Shown here in pieces: positions 7,608 to 16,566 of a stretch of 64,000 bases of DNA; within the stretch, counting starts at the first letter, position 1, and each line of letters begins with the position of its first letter. The notes beneath the pieces were generated by a model that was given only the letters and a program-made list of their open reading frames with translations, was not told where the DNA came from and made no database searches. The position numbers and the translations under genes were made by a program. Source of the DNA: Actinomycetes bacterium (GTDB taxonomy: Bacteria > Actinomycetota > Acidimicrobiia > Acidimicrobiales > CADCSY01); assembly GCA_031399525.1 (NCBI GenBank), contig JANNOZ010000002.1, positions 56,085 to 120,084 of the forward strand, written 5' to 3'.

Positions 7608-9563
7608 CCGCCGATCGGCCAGCCCTTGCTCACCCAGCTCGGCGACCAGGGCGGCCCGACGCGGCCGCAGGTCCCAGAACAGCAACGAACCGTCGGCACT
7701 GACCTGAGGCTGCTGGCCGAGTTGGGTCGAGATGGTCGCCGCCGCTTCGGTTCCCCGATCGGGGTAGCCGGCGGCACCGAGCCACAGGCCGTCGAAGCCC
7801 ACCGCGGCATAGGCGTCGAGCTGCTCGTCGATGGGCCGATCCCGGTAGTACAGCTGCCATTCGGGGTGACGCAGCCGGGTGTCGCCGTAGCTCCACCGCA
7901 GCTCGGGACCATGCAGATAGCCCCGCACCGCGTCGTAGGGCCCCTGGTCGTGAACCTGACCAGCCTCGGGGAAGTAGACGTAGGGCAGCTGGTAGACCAT
8001 CGCCCCGGGGCCGAGTTGGTCGACGATCTGGTCCACGAACGCCTCGTCGCTCTCCCATTGGGCCGAGCGCGCCGCATAGTCGGGCACGTTGCGCAGTGTC
8101 GTCTGGTCCACGACGCCTGCCAGGGCCAACAGCACCACGCCGGTGGCCGGCACGAACCGAGGCACCCCTCGGGCGGCAAGCGCCCGCCATGCCCGCTCGA
8201 GTACCAGGCCCACCGCCACCAGGGCGGCCAAACCGATGAACAGCGAGATCCGGTTCCACGAACGGAACTGGCGCAGGCCGAGGCCGGCGAAGAGCAGCGA
8301 GAGCCCCGAGATGGTGCCGTAGAGGATCGACAGGAGGGCCACCACGCCGGCTCGACGGAGGATGCTGCCGTCGTCGCTGTCGGGGTCGAGCACGCTGCCC
8401 CGGGCCCGATGGCGATACCCGAGGACCGAGGCCAACGAGACCACCACCAAGCCGACCAAGCCGACGGCGCCGATGATGCCGAGTTGCTGGCCCCGCTCCG
8501 AGCGGACCGGGCTGGCCTTCTGGCTCTCGCGTTGGATCGCGGCCAGAGGGGCCAGGCGATGGCCCTTGATCGGCAAGAAGAGCTGGGAGACCTTCAGCCC
8601 GTCCTTCTCGGTCTCCGCCGCGAACCGGGCGATCAGGTTGGTGCTGCCCCCATGGTCACGCCAGTAGAGGAAGGACGGTGCCAGGTTGACCGCCGCGACC
8701 AGGGCAATGGTACCCACGGCGACACCGGCGGCGACTGCGCCGCGCCACCGGCGACGGGCCACGACATCGATCACTGCGACCCCGAGCAGCAAGACGACCG
8801 TGAACATGGCGTAGTACGCCCCGGTCGAGGCCAGACCGGCACACACCACCAGCCACCCGAGCGTTGGCCACGCCCGCAGGCGCAGGCGCCAACCACCGCG
8901 GTTGCCGGCCTCGGCGGTGAACGGTGGATCGTCTCCCATCACCCGGAGCACGAGGAGAAAGCCGAAGGGCACGAAGTAGTAGCCAGACAACAGCAGATGC
9001 GAGGTTCCCCGGGCCAGGTGGTAGGGCGCAAAGGTGTAGAGGAGGGCGACGGCCGCGGCGATCAGGGGGCGGAGGCCGAGCCGTCGGGCGACCAGGAACG
9101 TGGCGACCGCGACGAGCGGATAGGTCAACAGGTAATAGAGATTGACGGTGAGCGGGGCGTTTCCGGTGGCCTTACCGATGACCCAAAGCACGCCGAACTG
9201 GAAGTTGTCGTTGCCACTCGGCACGTCGTAGAGCTGCTGGCCGGCCGGTGCGCCCAGCGACGGGTTGGTCAGGTAGGTGTCGTGGTCGATGAGGCCCTGG
9301 ACCAGCATCAGGTAGAAGGGCGCGTCGGCTGGGTACACCTCTGTCGAGCGCTCGTCGGGGCTGAACGAGAACGGCACCGACAAGTCGGCTCTCCAGAGTT
9401 GGAGGACCGCGGTGATAGCGACGAGGGCGACCAGTGCCACCGCCACCGACTGCGACACGGCGGGGGGCACCCGGAGGCGCCGGGCCCGGCTGGGCGGCGT
9501 CTGGTCATCGTCCCCCATGCGGAGGCTGACGCTAGACCCGGAGGCCTCGTGCTCGGCGGTCAT
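7548..9563 (-). CDS. Polytopic membrane protein, possibly YfhO/GT-C-like glycosyltransferase
   Basis: More than 10 hydrophobic segments, FAPYH, RSWNR and a soluble C-terminal LPY..FPE / WSYG region. Confidence 0.7.
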   Translation of the reverse strand: MTAEHEASGSSVSLRMGDDDQTPPSRARRLRVPPAVSQSVAVALVALVAITAVLQLWRADLSVPFSFSPDERSTEVYPADAPFYLMLVQGLIDHDTYLTNPSLGAPAGQQLYDVPSGNDNFQFGVLWVIGKATGNAPLTVNLYYLLTYPLVAVATFLVARRLGLRPLIAAAVALLYTFAPYHLARGTSHLLLSGYYFVPFGFLLVLRVMGDDPPFTAEAGNRGGWRLRLRAWPTLGWLVVCAGLASTGAYYAMFTVVLLLGVAVIDVVARRRWRGAVAAGVAVGTIALVAAVNLAPSFLYWRDHGGSTNLIARFAAETEKDGLKVSQLFLPIKGHRLAPLAAIQRESQKASPVRSERGQQLGIIGAVGLVGLVVVSLASVLGYRHRARGSVLDPDSDDGSILRRAGVVALLSILYGTISGLSLLFAGLGLRQFRSWNRISLFIGLAALVAVGLVLERAWRALAARGVPRFVPATGVVLLALAGVVDQTTLRNVPDYAARSAQWESDEAFVDQIVDQLGPGAMVYQLPYVYFPEAGQVHDQGPYDAVRGYLHGPELRWSYGDTRLRHPEWQLYYRDRPIDEQLDAYAAVGFDGLWLGAAGYPDRGTEAAATISTQLGQQPQVSADGSLLFWDLRPRRAALVAELGEQGLADRRAAVLAQDAAPPPDEVFEEF

Positions 9564-9580
9564 CCTCCCGTTGCTCCCAA

Positions 9581-9595
9581 TACCCCTAGGGGGTA
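9581..9595. promoter_or_regulatory. CsoR/RicR-type operator upstream of copA
   Basis: TACCCCTAGGGGGTA = TACCC-N5-GGGTA palindrome in the short divergent gap before copA. Confidence 0.85.
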
Positions 9596-9620
9596 ACCTG
9601 TGATTGGCCCCGGAGATTCC

Positions 9621-11867
9621 ATGAGCGAGACCTCGACCGACGAACAGCGCTACGACCTCCGCATAGAGGGCATGACCTGCACGTCTTGTGCGGCGTCGAT
9701 CGAGAAGCGGCTGAACCGTCTCGACGGCGTCACCGCCACGGTCAACTACGCCACCGAGTTGGCTCGGGTCACCGTCGACCCCGAGACGACCTCTGACGCC
9801 ATCGACATCCAGCGCCTGTCGGCCGAGGTGGCGGCCGCGGGGTACCGGGTATTGCCCCAGTCCACCGACCCGGACGGGCGCCTCCCCGATGCCGGGGACG
9901 AGTCGCGGGCATGGCGAGACCGCCTGGTGGTGTGCTCGGTGCTCAGTGCCCCGGTCGTGCTCATGGCCATGGTTCCGGCCCTACAGATCAACGGGTGGCA
10001 GTGGCTGTCACTGGCGCTGGCCACGCCGGTCGTGCTCTGGGGGGCGTTGCCGTTCCACCGCGCCGCGTGGGCCAACCTGCGCCACCGCACCGCCACCATG
10101 GACACCCTGGTGTCGGTTGGCACACTCGCCGCGTTCGGCTGGTCGCTCTACGCCCTCTTCGTCGGCGGTGCCGGCGAGATGGGCATGACCATGCCGTTCA
10201 CATTCAGCGTCGAGCGGGGTGCGGGCGCGGACGAGATCTACCTGGAGGTGGCCAGCGGGGTCGTGGCTCTCATCGTGGGTGGCCGCTACCTCGAGCTACG
10301 GGCCAAGCGCCGCTCAGGCGCGGCGCTCGAAGCCCTGCTGAGCCTCGGTGCGACGTCGGTGGCCCGGCTCGCACCGGACGGGACCGAGGTGCTGGTCGGA
10401 GCCGACGAACTCGAGGTCGGTGACCGGTTCGTCGTCCGCCCCGGCGAAAAGGTGGCCACCGACGGCGAGGTCGAGTCCGGCACCTCGGCCATCGACGCCT
10501 CGCTGTTGACCGGCGAGAGCGTGCCGGTCGAGATCGGTCCCGGCGACGCGGTCACCGGCGCCACGCTCAACGTCGGTGGTCGCCTCGTGGTTCGGGCCAC
10601 CCGCGTCGGGGCCGACACCCAGCTGGCCCACATCGCCCGACTCGTGACCGATGCCCAGACCGGCAAGGCTCCGGTGCAGCGGCTCGCCGACCGGGTCTCG
10701 GCCGTCTTCGTCCCCGTCGTGCTGCTGCTAGCCGTCGGCACCTTCGCCACCTGGCTGGCCGTGGGCGAGACGGTGGCCACCGCCGGCGCGGCCGCTGTGG
10801 CGGTGCTGATCATCGCCTGCCCTTGCGCGCTCGGCCTGGCCACCCCGACCGCCCTTCTCGTCGGCACCGGGCGGGGCGCCCAACTCGGCATCCTCGTCAA
10901 GGGGCCCGAGATCCTCGAGTCGACCCGACGTATCGACACGGTGGTTCTGGACAAGACGGGCACGCTGACCACCGGCGAGATGGCGCTCGTGGCCCTGACC
11001 GTCGCCGACTCCACCTCGCCCGAAGAGGCACTGCGCGTCGGCGGTGCAGTCGAGGACGGCTCCGAGCACCCAGTGGGGCGGGCGATCGCGGCCGCGGCCC
11101 GAGACCGAGTCGGCAAGCTCCCAACCGTCGCTCACTTCGTCAGCTTTCGGGGCCAGGGAGTCGAAGGAGTCGTCGACGGGACCACTGTCGTAGCTGGATC
11201 GCCCCGCTGGATCGGCCAGCAGGGCATCGACCTCGACAAGGGATTGGCCGAGGCGCTCGACTCGGCGGAGACCGCCGGGCAGACCCCGGTCGTCGTCGCC
11301 TGGGACGGCACGGCGGGCGCAGTGCTCGCCGTGTCGGACACGGTGAAGGACACGTCGGCCAAGGCCGTCGACCGGTTGCGGGCTCTGGGCCTGTCGCCGG
11401 TGCTTCTCACCGGCGACCACGCCACCGCGGCCCAGGCCGTTGCCCACGCGGTGGGTATCGACGTGGTCATCGCGGGTGTGGCCCCAGAAGGGAAGGTGGC
11501 CGAGATCGCCCGGCTCCAACACGACGGACACGTCGTGGCCATGATCGGCGACGGTGTGAACGATGCCGCCGCCCTGGCCCAGGCCGATCTCGGTATTGCC
11601 TTGGGTACCGGCGCCGACGCCGCCATCGAGGCCTCCGATCTGACGCTCGTGCGGGGCGACCTGCTCCAAGCGGCCGACGCCGTACGCCTATCGCGACGGA
11701 CACTGCGCACCATTCAGGGCAACCTGTTCTGGGCGTTCGCCTACAACGTCGCGGCCATACCAATCGCCGCCCTGGGGCTGCTCAACCCAATGATCGCGGC
11801 CGGGGCCATGGCCTTCTCGAGCCTGTTCGTCGTCACCAACAGCCTCCGGCTACGGCGCTTCCGCTGA
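9621..11867 (+). CDS. copA: Copper-translocating P1B-type ATPase
   Basis: N-terminal GMTCTSC, TGES, CPCALGLATP, DKTGTLT, SEHP, GDGVNDA, YN and MAFSS. Confidence 0.95.
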   Translation: MSETSTDEQRYDLRIEGMTCTSCAASIEKRLNRLDGVTATVNYATELARVTVDPETTSDAIDIQRLSAEVAAAGYRVLPQSTDPDGRLPDAGDESRAWRDRLVVCSVLSAPVVLMAMVPALQINGWQWLSLALATPVVLWGALPFHRAAWANLRHRTATMDTLVSVGTLAAFGWSLYALFVGGAGEMGMTMPFTFSVERGAGADEIYLEVASGVVALIVGGRYLELRAKRRSGAALEALLSLGATSVARLAPDGTEVLVGADELEVGDRFVVRPGEKVATDGEVESGTSAIDASLLTGESVPVEIGPGDAVTGATLNVGGRLVVRATRVGADTQLAHIARLVTDAQTGKAPVQRLADRVSAVFVPVVLLLAVGTFATWLAVGETVATAGAAAVAVLIIACPCALGLATPTALLVGTGRGAQLGILVKGPEILESTRRIDTVVLDKTGTLTTGEMALVALTVADSTSPEEALRVGGAVEDGSEHPVGRAIAAAARDRVGKLPTVAHFVSFRGQGVEGVVDGTTVVAGSPRWIGQQGIDLDKGLAEALDSAETAGQTPVVVAWDGTAGAVLAVSDTVKDTSAKAVDRLRALGLSPVLLTGDHATAAQAVAHAVGIDVVIAGVAPEGKVAEIARLQHDGHVVAMIGDGVNDAAALAQADLGIALGTGADAAIEASDLTLVRGDLLQAADAVRLSRRTLRTIQGNLFWAFAYNVAAIPIAALGLLNPMIAAGAMAFSSLFVVTNSLRLRRFR

Positions 11868-11885
11868 TACCCCCTCTCGGTATCA
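11865..11885. promoter_or_regulatory. Second CsoR-type operator overlapping the putative csoR -10 box
   Basis: TGATACC-CCCTCTC-GGTATCA; TATCAT at 11881-11886 lies 6 nt before the ATG. Confidence 0.75.
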
Positions 11886-11892
11886 TCCAGGC

Positions 11893-12177
11893 ATGCGTGG
11901 TTACACACTTGAAAAGGACGACTACCTCAAGCGGCTCCGGAGGATCGAGGGCCAGGTCAGGGGCCTCCAGCGGATGGTCGACGAAGACGTCTACTGCATC
12001 GAGATCCTCACCCAGGTGAGCGCGGCAACCAGCGCCCTCCAGAGCGTCGCGGTGGGCTTGCTCGATCAGCACGTCCGTCATTGCGTCGCCGACGCCGCCG
12101 CCTCAGGTGACCAGGATCGAGCCGACGAAATGGTCGCCGAAGCGACCAAGGCCATCGAGCGGCTCATCAAGGCCTGA
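11893..12177 (+). CDS. csoR: Copper-sensing repressor CsoR/RicR
   Basis: LKRLRRIEGQVRGLQRMV..YCIEILTQ..LLDQHVRHCV, with C/H/C ligands. Confidence 0.95.
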   Translation: MRGYTLEKDDYLKRLRRIEGQVRGLQRMVDEDVYCIEILTQVSAATSALQSVAVGLLDQHVRHCVADAAASGDQDRADEMVAEATKAIERLIKA

Positions 12178-12848
12178 TGCCCGGGACCGATCAGGTCGCC
12201 CCGGACCTCCTTGCCGCCCACTTGCGAACCTGGCTCGGGTCCTGGCCGGCGTCCGATCCGCTTTCTGTCGTAGGTGCCGCCGTCCGCGACCGACCAGGCT
12301 GGGATGGCCGGCGCCATCCGATCATCGGGGTGGGTCCGGCTGATGCCATGGTGGTCTCGGTCCCGCCAACCGTGGCCGAAGCGATCGGCCCTGGCCCCTA
12401 TGACTGGGACGATCTGGCCGCTCGCCTCCCCGCTCTCGTCGGGAACCCCACCGGCCACCTCGGCATCGGCATCTTTCGGTGGTCCGATTCACCAACTGCG
12501 TTGGCCGACCGGGGTGTGTGGCTCTCGGCGGACGACCCACGAGTCCCGGCGTGGCTGTTGCCGTTCGGCCACGACGTGCTCGTCGCACTCGACGGTGACG
12601 AGTACTGCGCCGGGGTCGGCCTGAAGCGCCACGACGAGTTCGGCTGGGAGATCGCGGTGGGCACGGCGGAGCCGTACCGGGGCCAGGGTCTGGCCCGCCA
12701 CCTGGTCGCTCAAGCGACCCGCTACGTCCTCGACCATGGCGCCATCGCCACCTACTGCCATGCCCGGGAGAACCGGGCGTCGGCCGCAGTGGCGGTCGCC
12801 GCCGGGTTCTCCGATCGGGCGTGGCGATACGTCGGCGACCTCAGCTGA
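12177..12848 (+). CDS. GNAT family N-acetyltransferase
   Basis: EIAVGTAEPYRGQGLA and ENRASAAVA..AGF; TGATG overlap with csoR. Confidence 0.85.
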   Translation: MPGTDQVAPDLLAAHLRTWLGSWPASDPLSVVGAAVRDRPGWDGRRHPIIGVGPADAMVVSVPPTVAEAIGPGPYDWDDLAARLPALVGNPTGHLGIGIFRWSDSPTALADRGVWLSADDPRVPAWLLPFGHDVLVALDGDEYCAGVGLKRHDEFGWEIAVGTAEPYRGQGLARHLVAQATRYVLDHGAIATYCHARENRASAAVAVAAGFSDRAWRYVGDLS

Positions 12849-14397
12849 CCCCGATACCCCAGAAACTCGGCTGTCCGTCGCCGCTGAACCAGCGGAACTC
12901 ACCAGAAACCTTCTGGCCATAGACCGCCACCCGGTCACCGACGGCCGCGGTGATGAGGTAGCCCTGGTTGACGATGCGTTCGTTCATCTCGGCCTCTACC
13001 TCGGCCCGGGCGGCCGGATCGGTGAGCGTGAGGGCCTCGGCGTTGAGGGCCGCCAACTCGGAGTCGACCACCTTGAAGCCGTTGATCAGTCCGTCGGGCG
13101 CGAACAGGGCGTTGTAGAGCGTGGTCGCCTCGCCCGATGCGAACGGCAGGGTGGCAGCCCACACCTCGTAGTCGCCCGTGCCCGGCGCGGCCACGTACTG
13201 GCCCGGGTCGATGGCCTGGAGCTTCATGTCGATGCCCACCTCGCCCAGGAACCCCTGCATCGAGGTGATGAAGTCGGCAATCGGTGGGATGGTCGGGGCA
13301 TTGACTTGGATGCCGTCGGAGTAGCCGGCCTCGTCGAGCAGCGCCTTGGCCTTGTTCTGGTCGAACGAGAAGGCATCGGTGAGCTCGGGGACATAGGCCA
13401 GGGAGATCTCGCTGAACGGCTGGGCCGACGCAACCCCGAGCCCACCGAGTAGCACTTCCACGAACGTCTTCCGATCGATGGCGTAGGCCATGGCCTGGCG
13501 CACCCTCACGTCGGCCAGAGCCGGCTGCTTGGTCCCTTCCCGGTCCAACACGACAATGGCGTTGGTGACCTCAGGAGTGGTCGTGAGCTGCCATGTGTCG
13601 TCCTCGGCCAGGTCGACGGCGACGGCTGCGTCGAGCACGGCAACGTCGATCTCGCCACTCAGGAGCGCGTTCTGGCGGGCCGACCCGTCCGAGAGAACGT
13701 GCAGCTCGACGGTCTCTACCCCTTGGACCCCTTCTGCCCAGTAGTCCGGGCTGGCCTGGTAGATGATCACCGCGCCAGCCTCGACTCCCGAGTCGTAGCG
13801 GTACGGACCGCTCCCGATCGGGTTGCGGTCGAGGTCAGGGTCGTCGAAGGACGAGGGGGCCATGACGAGTCCGGCTGGGCCGGCCAGCCCGGTGACGAAC
13901 GTGGAGGACGGCTCGGTTAGCTCGAGCACGACGGTCGTGGCGTCGGGCGCCGAGACCGAGGCCAGATCGCCGTAGGTCGCGACCTGACTGGTGCCCGCGT
14001 CGTAGAGCTTCTTGCCCCGTTCGAAGTTGGCCGCCACTGCGGCCGCGTCGAGCTCGCTCCCGTCGGCGAACTTCACGCCTTCCCGAATGGTCAGGGTGAC
14101 GGTTGTCTCGTCGACGGTCCACTCCGTCGCCAACCAGGGCTCATAGGAGCCGTCGGCGGCCGGGAGGATCAGCGGGTCGTACACCGGGCGTAAGAACGGC
14201 ATGGCGGTGGCCGCGTTGCCCTCCATCACGTCGAAGCCCGGGAAATCGAAGTCCACACCCTGACGCAGCGTGCCCGCGGGGGCGCCCGCCACCCCGCTCG
14301 TGGTGCCCGACGACGAGTCACCGTCTCCCGACGAGCATGCGGCGCCGAGCAAGGCCACCAACATGACGACGAGTGCCAACCAACGACGACCCTTCAT
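12841..14397 (-). CDS. ABC transporter substrate-binding lipoprotein (family 5), orphan; paralog of 4582..6159
   Basis: Lipobox LGAAC; PFLRPVYD, YEPWLATEW, VLDREG, DVRVRQAMAYAIDR. Confidence 0.92.
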   Translation of the reverse strand: MKGRRWLALVVMLVALLGAACSSGDGDSSSGTTSGVAGAPAGTLRQGVDFDFPGFDVMEGNAATAMPFLRPVYDPLILPAADGSYEPWLATEWTVDETTVTLTIREGVKFADGSELDAAAVAANFERGKKLYDAGTSQVATYGDLASVSAPDATTVVLELTEPSSTFVTGLAGPAGLVMAPSSFDDPDLDRNPIGSGPYRYDSGVEAGAVIIYQASPDYWAEGVQGVETVELHVLSDGSARQNALLSGEIDVAVLDAAVAVDLAEDDTWQLTTTPEVTNAIVVLDREGTKQPALADVRVRQAMAYAIDRKTFVEVLLGGLGVASAQPFSEISLAYVPELTDAFSFDQNKAKALLDEAGYSDGIQVNAPTIPPIADFITSMQGFLGEVGIDMKLQAIDPGQYVAAPGTGDYEVWAATLPFASGEATTLYNALFAPDGLINGFKVVDSELAALNAEALTLTDPAARAEVEAEMNERIVNQGYLITAAVGDRVAVYGQKVSGEFRWFSGDGQPSFWGIGVS

Positions 14398-14439
14398 AGT
14401 GAATCCCCCCCGGATCTCTGGTGGTCGAAAAGGGCGAAC

Positions 14440-15456
14440 CTACTGGTAGCGAGCAGCCGGATCGGCTCGAGGGAAGTCGCGGACGTACTCGAGGTAGAGC
14501 TTGAGCCATCGGTCAGCCCCCGACAGCAGGTTCCGGGGGCGGAAGTGGATGCCCTCCTGGACGGGCACGTCGTCCTTGCGGAAGATCCAGGACTGCTTCT
14601 TCATACCCTCGAAGGCCGCGTCCCGGGCCGCGAGGTCATCGGGCCCGCCGTCACCCTTGGCCGCGAGGCACACGGTGTAGGTCTGGCACCGACCGTTGTT
14701 GATGTTGCACTGCGGCGCGAACAGGACCATACCCAGGTTGCCGTCGGCATCGCGTCGGGACCCGGAGAACACGTTGGTGCCCCACGTTCGCATCCCGGTT
14801 TCGAAGGTTCCCTTGGTGGTCTCGACCACCTGGGTGGTGCCGACGTAGTGATCGGTCACCTCGAGTTCGCCCTCGGGTTCGAGCTGGGCGCCTTCGAAGC
14901 CGTGGAGAAACGACAGGTGCTGCAGGTCGACCGAGTTGCTGACCGGAGCCCAACTCGAGACCGGGAGGACCTCGTCGACCACGACCTCGTAGTACACCTC
15001 GTCCTCGGTGACGCCGACCGGGTGGGGCACGTCGTAGTGGGGCACCTCGCCGTTGTAGGCCCAGATGAGCCCGAACCGCTCCTCGGTCGGGTAGGCGAAG
15101 ATCCGAGCGGTCTCGGGGATCTCGTCATGGGGAGCCGGGATGACCACGCACTCGCCCGAAGTGGCGTACTGCCAGTGGTGGTAGGGGCAGCGCAAGCAGT
15201 CGCCCAGGACCACCCCGAGGCTGGTCAGGTCGGCGCCGAGATGGGCGCAATACGAGGTGGACACCTGGGCGACCCCGGCGTCCGTGCGCCACACAGCCAC
15301 CTGGTAGTCGAGGAACTCCTTGGCCACCACCTCGCCGGCGGGAACCTCGGTCGAGGTGGCCACCGGATACCAGCAGGCGTGGAAGCCGCCCTGGCCCTGA
15401 GGTGCGATGACCAGGTCTTCGAGTTCCGGATCGACTTGGGCGTGAGTAGCAGACAT
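14440..15456 (-). CDS. Rieske [2Fe-2S] non-heme iron oxygenase (KshA/VanA-like)
   Basis: WYPV, CAHLG...CPYHHW Rieske motif, NSVDLQHLSFLH iron motif. Confidence 0.9.
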   Translation of the reverse strand: MSATHAQVDPELEDLVIAPQGQGGFHACWYPVATSTEVPAGEVVAKEFLDYQVAVWRTDAGVAQVSTSYCAHLGADLTSLGVVLGDCLRCPYHHWQYATSGECVVIPAPHDEIPETARIFAYPTEERFGLIWAYNGEVPHYDVPHPVGVTEDEVYYEVVVDEVLPVSSWAPVSNSVDLQHLSFLHGFEGAQLEPEGELEVTDHYVGTTQVVETTKGTFETGMRTWGTNVFSGSRRDADGNLGMVLFAPQCNINNGRCQTYTVCLAAKGDGGPDDLAARDAAFEGMKKQSWIFRKDDVPVQEGIHFRPRNLLSGADRWLKLYLEYVRDFPRADPAARYQ

Positions 15457-15501
15457 GCGAGTTCCCCCTTCGACGAGCTCCAGTTGAGCGCTCGGGAAAA
15501 C

Positions 15502-16164
15502 CTAATCCGATTCGGTACTCGCGTCGAGGGGGCTCCAGAGACCTCCGAGGAAGAGCCGGAAGAACACCTCGTATCGCTCGGCTGCGGCATCCTGAGTGAG
15601 CGTCGAATCGACCCGGATCAGACCGACGAACGCGGCCATGAACGCGCTGGCGATGACCTCCTGGTCCATGCCTTCAGGGGTCGGCAGCGAACCAGCCCGC
15701 AACGCATCGAGCACCAACACGCCGAGCCCGCCGTCGCGCCACTCGTCGCCGAGGCGACTCAGGACGTCGCGTAGGGCAGGAACGTCGAGTTCGACCTGGA
15801 GCGGTCGGCGTACGGCCAACCACCCGTCGGCGGGATCATCGAGGACGATGGCCAGGGCACGCCGTAGTCGTTCGCCCGGGTCGGTCACGCCGTCCATGCG
15901 ACGCTGGAACTCCTGGTGCATCAGCTCGGCATAGTGCCGAGCTGCCGATCGGAACAGGTCCTCCTTGCCGTCGAAGTGGTGGTACACCGCTCCGACCGAG
16001 AGGCCAGCGGCCGCCGACACCTCGTCCAGACGGATGTCGTCGAAGCCCCGATCGACGAGGAGCCGCAAGGCCACCTCCATCAGGCGTCGACGGGTGGCCT
16101 CGCCTTTGCGAAGCGGCGTCTGCGGTGCCGCCCGAGCGACCGCATCGCCGGCCACCTCGTCCAT
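15502..16164 (-). CDS. TetR/AcrR family transcriptional regulator
   Basis: TRRRLMEVALRLLVDRGFDDIRLDEVSAAAGLSVGAVYHHFDGKEDLF. Confidence 0.9.
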   Translation of the reverse strand: MDEVAGDAVARAAPQTPLRKGEATRRRLMEVALRLLVDRGFDDIRLDEVSAAAGLSVGAVYHHFDGKEDLFRSAARHYAELMHQEFQRRMDGVTDPGERLRRALAIVLDDPADGWLAVRRPLQVELDVPALRDVLSRLGDEWRDGGLGVLVLDALRAGSLPTPEGMDQEVIASAFMAAFVGLIRVDSTLTQDAAAERYEVFFRLFLGGLWSPLDASTESD

Positions 16165-16231
16165 GAACAGGCGAGCATATGACCGAAGCCGTCGCGGTCC
16201 GGCACCCCGTCCCGGGCCGTAGCCTCGAACG

Positions 16232-16525
16232 GTGACCTCCTCCGACGACGCCCCCGACGACGTTCCCGACGACGAGATCGCCTCCGCCTCACCTGGGCCG
16301 CCACCGCTACCCCCGGCTCGACGAAGGGTGGCATCCGGCTCGATCCTCGCCGCAGCCATGTTCGGCCTCCGCGACGCGCTGGAGAACCCGAAGGACTCCG
16401 AGCCGGCCATCGTCATGGAGGTTGCCGCAGGCGACGACGGTCCTCCCCGAGACGTCGACGTCGAGCTCGACTTCGAGCACCCCGAGCACTCGGTCGTCAG
16501 GCTCCGCCGCCCTACCGAGCCGTAG
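16232..16525 (+). CDS. Hypothetical protein
   Basis: Fills the gap; TAGCCT -10-like box 6 nt before the GTG. Confidence 0.6.
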   Translation: MTSSDDAPDDVPDDEIASASPGPPPLPPARRRVASGSILAAAMFGLRDALENPKDSEPAIVMEVAAGDDGPPRDVDVELDFEHPEHSVVRLRRPTEP

Positions 16526-16566
16526 CTGCCGCGCCGGCCAGGCCGGCCACGTGGTTGCATGCCTCC

